Source: Felis catus (Eukaryota). From it: a stretch of 64,000 bases of DNA. Each line of letters opens with the position of its first letter. Positions within the stretch are counted from its first letter, which is position 1. Shown here piece after piece: positions 25,241-36,285 of this stretch. A program made the position numbers and the translations under genes. The DNA lies in contig NC_058368.1 in NCBI RefSeq assembly GCF_018350175.1, positions 168,332,001-168,396,000 on the forward strand, written 5' to 3'. Below the pieces are notes generated by a model. The model saw nothing but the letters and a program-made list of their open reading frames with translations, ran no database searches and was not told the DNA's origin.

Positions 25241-27194
25241 ATTGAAGAGATGAACCTGCTAACAGATTGAAGTAGGACTGAAATTGCTTTGTTTTCCCCT
25301 AGAGGTCAGTCCATGTAGCTCTTTATAGTCCACACAAGCCGGCGGTGAGGTTTGTGTTCTTGAAGAGCGAAGTTGGCCCAGTTGGGCAGGGCCCGGTGTA
25401 ACAGCTCCGCTCTCCCCTAGATGGCACTGTTGGCCTACTGGGATGAATTGTTGCGGTGCTCTTTGGTGCGCACACGCATGCACGGGAGCGCTGAAAAATG
25501 GCGCTACCCAGCCACCCAGTCTGTTCTCCTGGATCAGCAGTCACACACCGGTCCTCTGTCTTCAGCTCTCGTCCACTCCCCACTTTTCCACTCTCTGTGA
25601 CCAGGCCTCAGGCAGTACCTGTCTCCCAAGTTTTGTCTCAGATGCAGCTGTTTTCTCCGGCCCCTTACTTCAAAGGACTGCGGCTTTGACCCCCTCCGCC
25701 CCTCTGTGGGAGGGTCTCACCCAGTGATGGCTGAATGAGCAATAGCCGAATGTCGGCTGCACCCAGGAATGCCTGCTGGATCCGGCTGTTGCTGGTGCCC
25801 CGAGACTGCAGCCAGGTGCCAGCCTGTCCCCCCCAAAAATCGTGAGACAGTGTAGCCTCAGCGTTTCAGGGACCATGGAAAATTGCAACACGCATCTGGC
25901 ACCAGGCTTCACCCTCAACAACCTTTCCCCAGCACCAGTGAATGTGGCTGCCTTCCAGGGTCTGCTGGGACCAGGTGGCTTCAACAGTCTCTACCAAGTG
26001 TCCTTCCAGCAGTGGAACTGCTTTTCCCAGTGTGGCCTGAGACCCCGCTCTGTTCCTGGGGATCCACCTTTCCCATCAGAGCACCGCCAGGTATGGAGCT
26101 GCGGAGTTGCAGCCTTTGCGCTCCCCTTGTTTACAGTCTTAACAGAATTTAAACCCTCTCCTTTCTCATTTCTCCATTTTTAGTTTGGTCCCTGCAGCTG
26201 TTTCCAATTTTCCACTTTCTCTCCAGCTGCTTTTGGGGAAGGGTGCTTTTCCTGTATGCTCCCCCCCCCTCCCCAGTTTCCGTCCTCTCTCCGCCCACAA
26301 AATGGGTTCCCTTCCTTTTGGGGCTTCTTGCTCCCCAAATTCAGCTCTTAGTGTCGGGTACCTACTGAATTCTGTGGTTCAGGTTGTGCAGACTGTTGTG
26401 TTAATCTTCCAATCGCTTTTCTAGGTGTGTAGGATGGTTTAGTGTTGGTCTGGCTGTACTTCACAGATGCGAGACACACAAAAAGCTTCAATGCTGTTCC
26501 GCCCTATTATTTTTTAATAAAAAGGGGCCTTAAATGAAATAATTCCAAGGAATAATTAAGTGTGATGAACTCATATGACCACCAGGTGTCAGTCTTGCTC
26601 CATGCCATATTTCAACTAGTGCCTATGCAGAAAAGTTAACTGCAATGCTGGTTTTCGAGTGGTGAAATATTTTTATCAGCAGAGAAGCCTTATATCCTCT
26701 AATTAAGCAATAAACCATAAAAGGGAATTCATTTTGGTACTAGAAAGACAAAACAAAAAGAATCCCTTCCTGGTTGGCTTTAATTATCAAAAGAAAGAGG
26801 TAATTCTTTAAAACATGTGTCAGCTAAGGAATGAAGAAATTATCTCATGGAGCTTAGCTTGTTGTTAATTATATACTGGTTTTATTAAATTGACATATAC
26901 AGTGGCTGCTTCCTAGTTTTAATTTATGCTAGCACAATTATGGTAGAAATTTAAAGTATCATTTTCTCCTAAGTTTTGGCAGAAATGATTAAGTACAAAC
27001 TGGAAATTCTTATAAATGTCTTGAATTTTCTTGTTAAGGAAATACCAAGTGTTAACTTTTTGAAGATCACTCTTTTCAATGTTATGTAGGATTATTTAAT
27101 TTCATAAATGTTATACAAAAGTTATCTGAAGGATCTGCACATTTAAAAACAAATTAATGTCAATATATTAAATTGCATTTCAATTCTAATTCCC

Positions 27195-27410
27195 GACATT
27201 TATTGTGTAATCATTGGATACCAGGCACTATTCAAAGCCATTTTTATGTTTTCACTCCTTTAATTCTCTCAATAAACCTATAAGGTCCACACTCATCATT
27301 TCTTTTTTAGAGTTGAACAAACTGAGTCTTAGAAGAATTCCATTAACTCTTCAAGGTCTGATTTTTAAACTCTTCTGAAGTCTGACTCTGGGACCTATTG
27401 CTATGCCATC
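27195..27410 (-). mobile_element. MIR
   Basis: CATTTATTG...CCAGGCACTATTC...TTTAATTCTC...AAACTGAGTCTTAGAAG...TCTGACTCT. Confidence 0.55.
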
Positions 27411-27684
27411 CAGTAAACTTTTATATACCAATCAACTTTAAAAAATTTGTAGATGTTAGGACATTATAGAATATAGAGTAGCTAGCCATTTTAGAGTACT
27501 TTTACAAGTGTGGTTATACATTAGAAAGCTTTACACCTCAGCTTACAGGCTTGATTATTTTTGTGTCAGTCTTGCCTACTCACTTGTTCTAGGAGGGAAC
27601 ACACTTAAACACTGCTCAGCAGCTAGAAGAAAAAAATATAAAATTTGCTATTAAAACTATTAACACCGCTAGGTTAAGATGCCG

Positions 27685-27850
27685 AAAAGAATATGACAAT
27701 GATATTGTCACAGAGATGTATGGGGACAGATGGTAGCTACCCTTGTGGTCAACACAGCATAATAAATTTATTGAATCTCTTTGATGTACACCTGAAACTA
27801 ATCCAACACTGTGTGTCAACTATACTCAAAACAAACAACCACAAAAAATA
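27685..27850 (+). mobile_element. older L1 3'-end fragment (L1_Carn/L1MA9-like)
   Basis: GACAGATGGTAGCTAC...TGTACACCTGAAACTAAT...TGTGTCAACTATACTCAA plus A-rich tail. Confidence 0.7.
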
Positions 27851-28646
27851 CTGACTGGGATAAGATGGTGCATCTAATTTAATTCCTTACCCAAACCATA
27901 TTAAAACTACACACAAGGTATATTTTCAATAATCAAAGCCCCTCAATGTGGTGACAACAGAATTTTGTAAGGTGGAAAGCTAGTGGTTGAGGGCACATTA
28001 ACTAGAAGACCATATCTCAAGCTAACAGCCTAGAGGCTGCGAATAAATACAATTCACAATTTACTCCAGAGTCTTGAAGAAGTTCAGGAACTGTTAGTGC
28101 CAGGTGCATTTGGAGCTGGATGTGAAGTGTATCCATTTATGGATATGTGTGTATTGGAGTCATGCTATAATAACAAATATGGGTGAATGCTGTTCGAGAA
28201 ATGGTTGGATTTTAAAATTTCCTCCTTCCCACTGTCACTCTGGGTAAACTGTCCATTGTCCATCCAGGTAGAGGATTAGAGGTTTAATTCTGGAAAGTGT
28301 AAAACAGGATCAGTGCCCTGGAGGTGATGGGAAGGGGCATTTTAAACACAGTTGAGGGAACATGGCTACAATACTAAAAACAAGGAGAATGGGTGGCCAT
28401 ATGCCTAGTGTTGAATGCAGAACCCTCTAGCCATCATCCCTTATGTGGCCTCCAGAAGAGTCAGCTAGACTCTAATTCTCCAGTCAGTGTCAAAATATTC
28501 TTAGAAATATGACTAGGCAAAGAGGAAATATCTAAATATATCAACACCAGGGCTTTCCTAACAAATGGCCTGTCCAGATAAAGAGAAGCCCATAGTTGAT
28601 AGGTCTCATTCACATGCCCAAAACCTCTTTTTAGTTTCCTATTCTT

Positions 28647-28713
28647 TTTTTTCAATTGAATAGTCTTCTTTTTTTAACATATCTGTCATTAGCAGAATCA
28701 TTCTTCAGCATTC

Positions 28714-28756
<43 letters not shown>

Positions 28757-29915
28757 ACCATTTTATTTAATTTATTTTTTTCATTTACATCCAAGTTAGC
28801 ATATAGTGCAACAGTGATTTCAGGAGTAGATTCCTTAATGCCCCTTACCCATCCCCCCTCCCACAACCCCTCCAGCAACTCTCTGTTCTCCATATTTATG
28901 AGTCTCTTTGTTTTGTCCCCCTCCCTGTTTTTATATTATTTTTGCTTCCCTTCCCTTGGGTTCATCTGTTTTGTATCTTAAAGTCCTCATATGAGTGAAG
29001 TCATATGATATTTGTCTTTCTCTGACAGACTACTTTTGTTTAGCATAATACTCTCTAGTTCCATCCACATAGTTGCAAACGGCAAGATTTCATTCTTTTT
29101 GATTGCTGAATAATACTCCATTGTATATATATACCACATCTTCTTTATCCATTCATCCATCGATGGACATTTGGGCTCCTTCCATACTTTGGCTATTGTT
29201 GATAGTGCTGCCGGAAACATTGGGGTGCATGTGCCCCTTCGAAATAGCATACCTGTATCCCTTGGATAAATACCTAGTAGTGCAATTGCTGGGTCATAGG
29301 GTAGCTCTATTTTTAACTTTTTTTTTACGTTTATTTTTTTATTTTTATTTTTTTTTCAACATATGAAGTTTATTGTCAAATTGGTTTCCATACAACACCC
29401 AGTGCTCATCCCAAAAGGTGCCCTCCTCAATACCCATTATTTTTAATTTTTTGAGGAACCTCCATACTGTTTTCCAGAGTGGCTGCACCAGTTTGCATTG
29501 CCACCAACAGTACAAAAGAGATCCTCTTTATCCACATCCTCGCCAACATCTGTTGTTACCTGAGTTGTTAATGTTAGCCATTCTGACAGGTGTGAGGTGG
29601 TATCTCATTGTGATTTTGATTTGTATTTCCCTGATGATGAGTGATGTTGAGCATTTTTTGATGTGTCAGTTGGCCATCTGGATGTCTTCTTTGGAGAAGT
29701 GTCTATTCATGTCTTTTGCCCATTTCTTCACTGGATTATTTGTTAGGTGTTCAGTGTGATAAGTTCTTTATAGATTTTGGATACTAATTCTTTATCTGTT
29801 ATGTAGTTTGCAAATATCTTCTCCCATTCTTCTCGTTGCCTTTTAGTTTTGCTCATTGTTTCCTTTGCTGTGCAGAAGCTTTTTATTATGATTAGGTCCC
29901 AATAGTTCATTTTTA
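28647..29915 (-). mobile_element. 5'-truncated L1 (same 3'UTR type as the full-length copy) with extra 3' segment
   Basis: ORF2 C-terminus/3'UTR highly similar to 19270-20335; 16-bp TSD ttagtttcctattctt at 28631-28646/29916-29931. Confidence 0.93.
29324..29437 (-). mobile_element. ~110-bp L1 3' end of a different subfamily nested in the above L1
   Basis: TTTATTGTCAAATTGGTTTCCATACAACACCCAGTGCTCATCCCAAAAGG; TSD tatttttaa(c/t)ttttt at 29308/29438. Confidence 0.85.
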
Positions 29916-29931
29916 TTAGTTTCCTATTCTT

Positions 29932-30465
29932 AATGAAGGGCAGGCTGCCAAGGATTTCCAGGCATATGAGGAAAGCTAACAAAGAAAATAAGGACAAAAC
30001 AGAAAACAAAACAGCAAGTTGGAAGAAACAGAAGCTATCTAGGTAGAAAAAAACTTAAAAACAAAACGAAACGAAACCAAACCCCAAACCAAAACTATTT
30101 TTTTAATATTCTTAGGGAGATAGAATGTTGTAACTATGCAACAACAATATGATGCTAAAATTTTTATAAAGAACAAAAAAGAAAGAATATTGGAAATTAA
30201 AAACATTATAGCAGTGGGAAAAAACCAGAACATTAGGAGATGAAATTGAGGCAATCTCTCTGTAAGCATAACAAATATATAAAGAGATGAAAAATAGAAA
30301 TGAAAAGATAAGAAAATTAGAGGAATAGTCTAGGGAATCCAATGTCCAAATAATAGGAACTTCAAGAAGAGAAAACAGAACTGAATCAGTAAAAAACTGA
30401 AGAATGCGAGCTTTCTGATTGAAGGGGACCAAGAAGTGTCCAGAACAATGGATGCAAATAGGCAG
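29932..30465 (+). mobile_element. ancient HAL1/L1M ORF1-like fragment
   Basis: A-rich degenerate ORF1-like text (AAAATTAGAGGAATAGTCTAGG..ATCCAATGTCCAAATAATAGGAACTTCAAGAAGAGAAAACAGA; TCTGATTGAAGGG). Confidence 0.55.
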
Positions 30466-30729
30466 ATAGACGGAAGGGCAGTGGGAGGAATAGCTAAAAT
30501 TCTCACTGTGGTACTAACTGTGAGTCATCTGGTCAACAAGCTAACTGGAATCCAGCTTACTTTCTCTGCCAACTGGAGTGACTGCACCCAGGTTCAGCTT
30601 CCCATGGGATCAGTGACTTCTGTCCCCTGGAATAGGGGGCCCTATGCCTTTCCACAGTCCCCATTATCCCCAGCTGCAAGCAGCTAGTTCTCATACAACT
30701 CCTATAAAAGCTGGCACCCCCAAACCTGA

Positions 30730-31135
30730 CTATGTAGTCCCCTCCCCTTGCATCTAGCTAGGCTTGCCTAAGAGACTTGCTTGAAGAATAGAATGCAGTG
30801 GGCATGACATTCTGGGATGTCCAAGGCTAAGTCCTAAGAAGCCTTGCCGCTTCCACCCAGGTCTTTTAGAACACTTGCTTGTGGAATCCAGCTCGTGGTG
30901 GAGAGCTCAAGCAGCCCTGTGGAAAGGAACTGAGGCTCCCCTAAAAAATCCAACTAGCCTTCCAGACAATAGCAAGTACCAACTTGCTGGCCCTATAATG
31001 AGCTCACCTGGAAGCTGAATTGCTAGCCTCAGTCCAGCCACCCTAACAAAAGTTGTATGAAGCAGAAGTGAAGCATATCTACCAAATCCAGCCCAAATTA
31101 CAAGTTCATGAGCAAAAAATTATCCGTGTTATGTT
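30730..31135 (+). mobile_element. MLT1F/G-like MaLR LTR
   Basis: GACTTGCTT..AATAGAATGCAGTGG..ATGAC..CCAAGGCTAAGTCCTAAGAAGCCTTGCCGCTTCCAC...AGGAACTGAGGC...CAGCCCAAATTACAAG. Confidence 0.7.
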
Positions 31136-31851
31136 TTTTTCCTTTTAATCTGTTAAGATGGTGAACTGCGTTAGATTTTCTGATATTGAACTCCTTATGT
31201 TTTTGGAATGTACCCTTTTTTATCTTGATGTACTGCCACAATTGGGGCACTCTACTGAGCATCATCATCTCTTATGGGAAAAAATAAATTTACCAAACAA
31301 GTTAATAATGTAAAAAAAAATGCATGAAAAATGTTTCACCTATTTCAGAAAATTTCAGATGCAGGGCTAGAATATCATTAAGTAGTTCAGAGCAATCCCT
31401 GGCTGGCAACACTGAAAAAACAATTTGATTTATTTTACATAATTAGAATTTTCTTTAATTTGGAACACTTACTCCAAACAAGCTAGTTTCTCCTACATTT
31501 TCAGCCATTTTGAAGGTTGCATTTGAAGTTCAGTTTTTCTGTTTGTCTTTTTTGAGATTCAACTTAGGGACTTGATTAATGGCATTCCATTTAGAAATTA
31601 ACTGAGGCTTCACTAATCTGAAATAATCAGAGGTGGAATTCTCTCTCTCTTGCTCTCCCTCTCTTTGTCTTATCCCATTGAATGTTTCATTTAATGAATG
31701 TAATCAACTGTTTATGTAAAAATGGAGAAACACAATAAGCCTTGAAAGGCTTTTGAAAATGAGAAGAAAAAAAAAAGTAACAAAGCAACCTAGATAGAGG
31801 CTTTGGGCTGCTCTAGTTTGAAAAATTTATCAAGTGAAGTTTTTTGGCTTT

Positions 31852-31877
31852 TCTTTTTATTTATTTATTTTATTTTT

Positions 31878-31912
<35 letters not shown>

Positions 31913-32036
31913 TCCTAAGCAGGCCTCATGCTTAGTGTGGAGCCCAACATGGGGCTCAGTCCCACAACCCTGGGATCATGACCTGAACTGAAATCAAGAG
32001 TTGGATGCTCAACAAACTGAGCCACCCAGGTCCCCC
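31852..32036 (-). mobile_element. Can-SINE
   Basis: SINEC body, (AG)n. Confidence 0.9.
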
Positions 32037-32046
32037 TCTGCTTTTC

Positions 32047-32265
32047 TTTTTTTTTTTTTTTTAATGTTTATTTATTTTTGAGACAGAGAGAGACACAGCA
32101 TGAGCAGGGAAGGGGCAGAGAGAGAGGGAGACACAGAATCTGAAACAGGCTCCAGCCTCTGAGCTGTCAGCACAGAGCCCGACGTGGGGCTCGAACTCAT
32201 GAGCTGTGAGATCATGGCCTGAGCTGAAGTCGGGTGCTTAACCGACTGAGCCACCCAGGCACCCC
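32047..32265 (-). mobile_element. Can-SINE
   Basis: TSD cccctctgcttttc at 32033-32046/32267-32280. Confidence 0.95.
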
Positions 32266-32351
32266 ACCCCTCTGCTTTTCAAATACAACAATATTTAAGA
32301 GAGAACCTTCTACTCACTCCCTGCTCTCCGACTCTCCAACTCCTACCCCAG

Positions 32352-32352
<1 letters not shown>

Positions 32353-32395
<43 letters not shown>
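32353..32395. repeat. (CA)n microsatellite
   Basis: ~21 CA units. Confidence 0.97.
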
Positions 32396-32396
<1 letters not shown>

Positions 32397-33552
32397 AATC
32401 ACTCCTTCCCCTACACCTCCCTGCCCCTTTAAGGTGATACTCTTTTAACTAATTCCCCAAAGTGTTCTTTCTAAGCCAGAACTGATGATCCCTCCCCTCC
32501 CTCCACCACCCTATCATCACCACCTTAAGAAACTTACTTTCTAGGAAAAAGAGACCTAGAGAGAGAAACCTACAAGCCTTAGCAAATCCTCTTTCAGTAC
32601 ATTTCCATTCCTAAGTTTTTTCAGTAAGAATTTCCTCTAGAAAACTGCCTGCTTGGAAAAATTTACTGAAGTCCCAAATAGTGAGGGACTGGCATTTATT
32701 GCCAGAAGTGACACTAGCTGAGAGTAGAGATCCCATCTGGGAAGCTGTCATTATGTAAATGTATCCTTGTGACAGCCGTTGGAGGAGGACAAATGACTTG
32801 TCAGTGACTTCTTAATCAGCTTGTCTCTAGCAATAATAATCTAATCACTGGTCACCTAATTAAAAATGAAAGAAATTAGTGCCTTTCCAAACACTGAGCT
32901 TCTAGAATCTCAGGTTGCAGACTGTCATTAAGCAGAGAGCTGTCAGCTGTTTGCATGTCACACCACAGAGAGGCAGAACTTTGTGAGGTGCCTCATGTTC
33001 ATGTCTGTGATTTGATTACTCTTGCCATCATTCATTTAATGCATTGATCTGGATGATTTGCTGCTATGAGCCCCTGGTCATTTATTTATTCATTCATGAT
33101 TTCTACCACAAGTATTTATTGCAGGCTTACTGTATGCTAAAGGTATATCCTGGGGATTTAAAGATTAACAGGAAACTGTTTTAGCGTTTGGAATATCTCA
33201 CTGTAGGGGAAACAGATATAAAAATATTTAACTATGATCTAGTTTGATCACGATGTATTAGAGATAACAAATGTGCATGCATATTGCATATTATGGAATA
33301 GACAAAATGATGGCCCACTGCCAAGAACCAAGCCACAGAATCTGAGATCCTTTGATTTGGGGTACGTGTTCTTCAGGTTACCAAAGACTCCACCATATCC
33401 TATTCTTGTAAACTTAGTCTGCTTCATTCATTTATGTTATATGCCTGGTCCTTGTTAAGCACTTGAGTTTGAGATCCTAGTATGGAGATAGGTCTAACAG
33501 ACACCTGCTGGGAGATGATATAATTTAAATACTGATCTTTTAAATGAGTTTT

Positions 33553-33759
33553 TTTTAATGTTTATTTACTTTTCAAGGGGAGAGAGACAGAGCATGAGTG
33601 GGGGAAGAGCAGAGAGAGAGAGGGAGACACAGAATCCGAAGCAGGCTCCAGGCTCCGAGCTGTCAGCACAGAGCCGAACACGGGGCTTGAGCTCACGAAT
33701 GGCGAGACTTCACCCAAGCTGAAGTCAGACGCTTAACCAACTGAGCTCCCAGACGCCCC
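33553..33759 (-). mobile_element. Can-SINE
   Basis: TSD ttaaatgagtttt at 33540-33552/33760-33772. Confidence 0.95.
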
Positions 33760-33805
33760 TTAAATGAGTTTTAAAGAAAATTTTGTGTGGTGTGTTAAAA
33801 AAATC

Positions 33806-33976
33806 TTTTTAAAAAAAGTTTATTTATTTTGAGAGAGAGAGAAAGAGAGAGCGGGGGAGGGACAGAGAGAGGGAAAGAATCCCAAGCAGTGGGGCTCATA
33901 CCCAAGAACTGTGAGACCATTACCTGAGCCAAACCAAGAGTCATACACTCAACTGACTGAGTCACCCACACACTCC
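33806..33976 (-). mobile_element. Can-SINE (internally deleted, older)
   Basis: SINEC head and (AG)n with missing middle. Confidence 0.85.
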
Positions 33977-34143
33977 TAAAAAATTCTTAATTATACTCCT
34001 CTCAGGAATGAAAAAAAATACCTCACTAGCCATCTGTGCTGATAGCAGGGAAAATAAATTTTAAACTTATCGATCGATAGTATCTCAGTAGTATCTGTTT
34101 CCATTTTAATTGTCTTTTGAGGATGTTTATTCTCTTTGGGCTT

Positions 34144-34362
34144 TTTTTTAATGCTTTATTTATATTTGAGAGGGAGGGGGGACAGAACCCGAGCGGGGAA
34201 GGGGCAGAGAGATGGAGACAGAATCCGTCTAGAATCTTAGAGCGTGCTCCAGGCTCTGAGCTGTCAGCACAGAGCCAGATGCAGGGCTCAAACCCACCAG
34301 CAGCAAGATCATGACCGGAGCCCAAGTGGGACACTCAACCAACTGAGCCAGCCAGGCACGCC
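34144..34362 (-). mobile_element. Can-SINE
   Basis: TSD ctcttt(g/a)ggctt on both sides. Confidence 0.9.
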
Positions 34363-34916
34363 CTCTTTAGGCTTAGTGCTCAGTGTTTGATTTCTCTTCC
34401 TTCTCACCTGCTTCTTTCCAGATAATGTTAGGTGTTTGGCAGGCTTTCTTGACTTTGAATGGTAGGGAGAAAAGCATCCTCAGAGTCATTGATGGTCTTG
34501 CTGCCAAGTGTCTACTCTGCTGCCCCAGACTGGCGACTACAGAAGGGAAGCTAGTCCTTAGCTTCTTGTGAGCTATTTGGGCACAGGGGCCACTGCAGAG
34601 TCCACCATCACAATCATTTGTCCTTGCATCCAACATTTCCGTTTATGGTGGCCTCTTTCTCCTGACCTGGGGCTCCTGCTCATGTATAGCCAGCCCTCTT
34701 AGCGCTTTTAGGCTATATTTGGACACTGAAACCTTCTGGATTCCCTGAAATTCATGAACAGATTGTTGTTTTAATTATACTGGGATCAAAGAATATAGTT
34801 CATGTGACATCAGTTATTTAAAACTTGCGGAAACTATCCCTGAAATCTTGTTTGTGATCAATTTTAATAAATACTGCATGTGAGGTTGAGAAGAATATGC
34901 TTCTCTAATGGTTGAG

Positions 34917-35360
34917 TGTATATTAGCTAAGTTTAATACAATCTTAGAGACTTAAAATGACATCCATTTTTATTATCGCACAGTTTCTGTAAGTCACAAG
35001 TCTGAGCATGGGTTCTCTGCTGAAATCAAAGTATCTATCAGCAATGATTTCATCTGCAGCCCAGGATCTTCTTCCAAATGCATTCAGATTGTTGGTAGTC
35101 TTCGATTCCTTGTCGTTATAAAACAGGCCCTCATATTTTTTGTTGGCTGTTGGCCAGGGGTGGCTCTCAGCTCCTGGAGCCCCCTCTGGTTCTAGCCATG
35201 TGGTCCTTTCACACACAGGAGGTTACATTTTTTAAAGCCAGGAGGAGAATCTCTTTCCAGTCTGAAAAGATGGAGTCCTGTATAACATAGTGTAATGAAG
35301 GATGTAACTATCCCATCATATCCACGGGCCCTGCACAAGCTAAAATTCTTCCTACCGCAG
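34917..35360 (-). mobile_element. MLT1E-like MaLR LTR
   Basis: TTTATTATCGCACAGTTTCTGTAAGTCACAAGTCTGAGCATGG...TTGGCTGTTGGCCAGGGG..CTCTCAGCTCCTGGAG. Confidence 0.65.
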
Positions 35361-35755
35361 AGCATAAGGGTCTTTATATGTTAATTAAATCCAGCTTTTT
35401 AACTGTGCATTCCAATCTCCTCAAATCTCATTTTTTTTGGTCCTCTTGATCTATTTTAATCACTGATGGCAGTTGTGTCGATTATAGACGTATCTGTTTC
35501 TTCTTGTAGTTCCATTTTTTGCTTTTTTTCTGTTTTATATACTTTGAGACCATTTTACTAGGTGTATACAATTTAGAATTATGTTGACGCCCTTTAACTC
35601 TGATAATGGCTTTTGTCTTGAAATCTAATTTGTTTAATGTAGAAAATTGGACTTGAATCTTGTTAGTATTTGCCTTATATATGTATATATGTGTATGTAT
35701 ATGTATGTATAGATATATTTAATCCTCAGCCACCATATACCTTATATTTTAGGTG

Positions 35756-36285
35756 TGTATCAGTTACCTCTTGATCCTTAACATACTGTTCCAAAATTTA
35801 GTAGCTTATTAGAGCAACCGTTTTATTTGCGCATGTTCCTGTGGGTCAGCAATGTGTGTTGGACTCAAAGGCAGTTTTTCTGCAGATCTTGCCTGGAATT
35901 AGTCATGTAGTTGCAAGTCACATGGCAATTTGTCACTAGATGGTTCACGATGTCCTTATAGGTCTGGCAGTTAGTGTCAGCTACTGACTGAGCCGCTCTC
36001 TTCATATAGTCTCTCATTTTCAAGGAGAATGCCTCGGCTTCTTCATGTGTTGTTGGCATGTGAAAACTGAGAGCAGAAGCTGAAGGGATCCTTGAGGACC
36101 AGGATTGGAAATTCACAGGTTACATCTCTCATACTTTCACTGTGTTCAGCCATTGGCTAGGAACAGTCAGAGGCTATCTGGTCTTGAACCAAGAATCCAG
36201 AGGTGTGTCCATCAATAATGCTCCTCATGGCAGGTTCTCTGAAAGGGAAGAATGGGCAGTGTGCCTCCATGGCAGCCACATAGAT
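35756..36285 (-). mobile_element. MLT1-type MaLR LTR
   Basis: TGTATCAGTTACCT...CCAAAATTTAGTAGCTTA...TTTTATTTGC..ATG..CTGTGGGTCAGCAAT. Confidence 0.6.

Larger units (their letters stand above)
18927..26503 (-). mobile_element. near-full-length LINE-1 (carnivore/felid L1)
   Basis: GC-rich 5'UTR, ORF1, EN-RT-C ORF2 fragments, 3'UTR with G-rich tract, A/(TAA)n tail, all collinear on minus strand. Confidence 0.97.
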
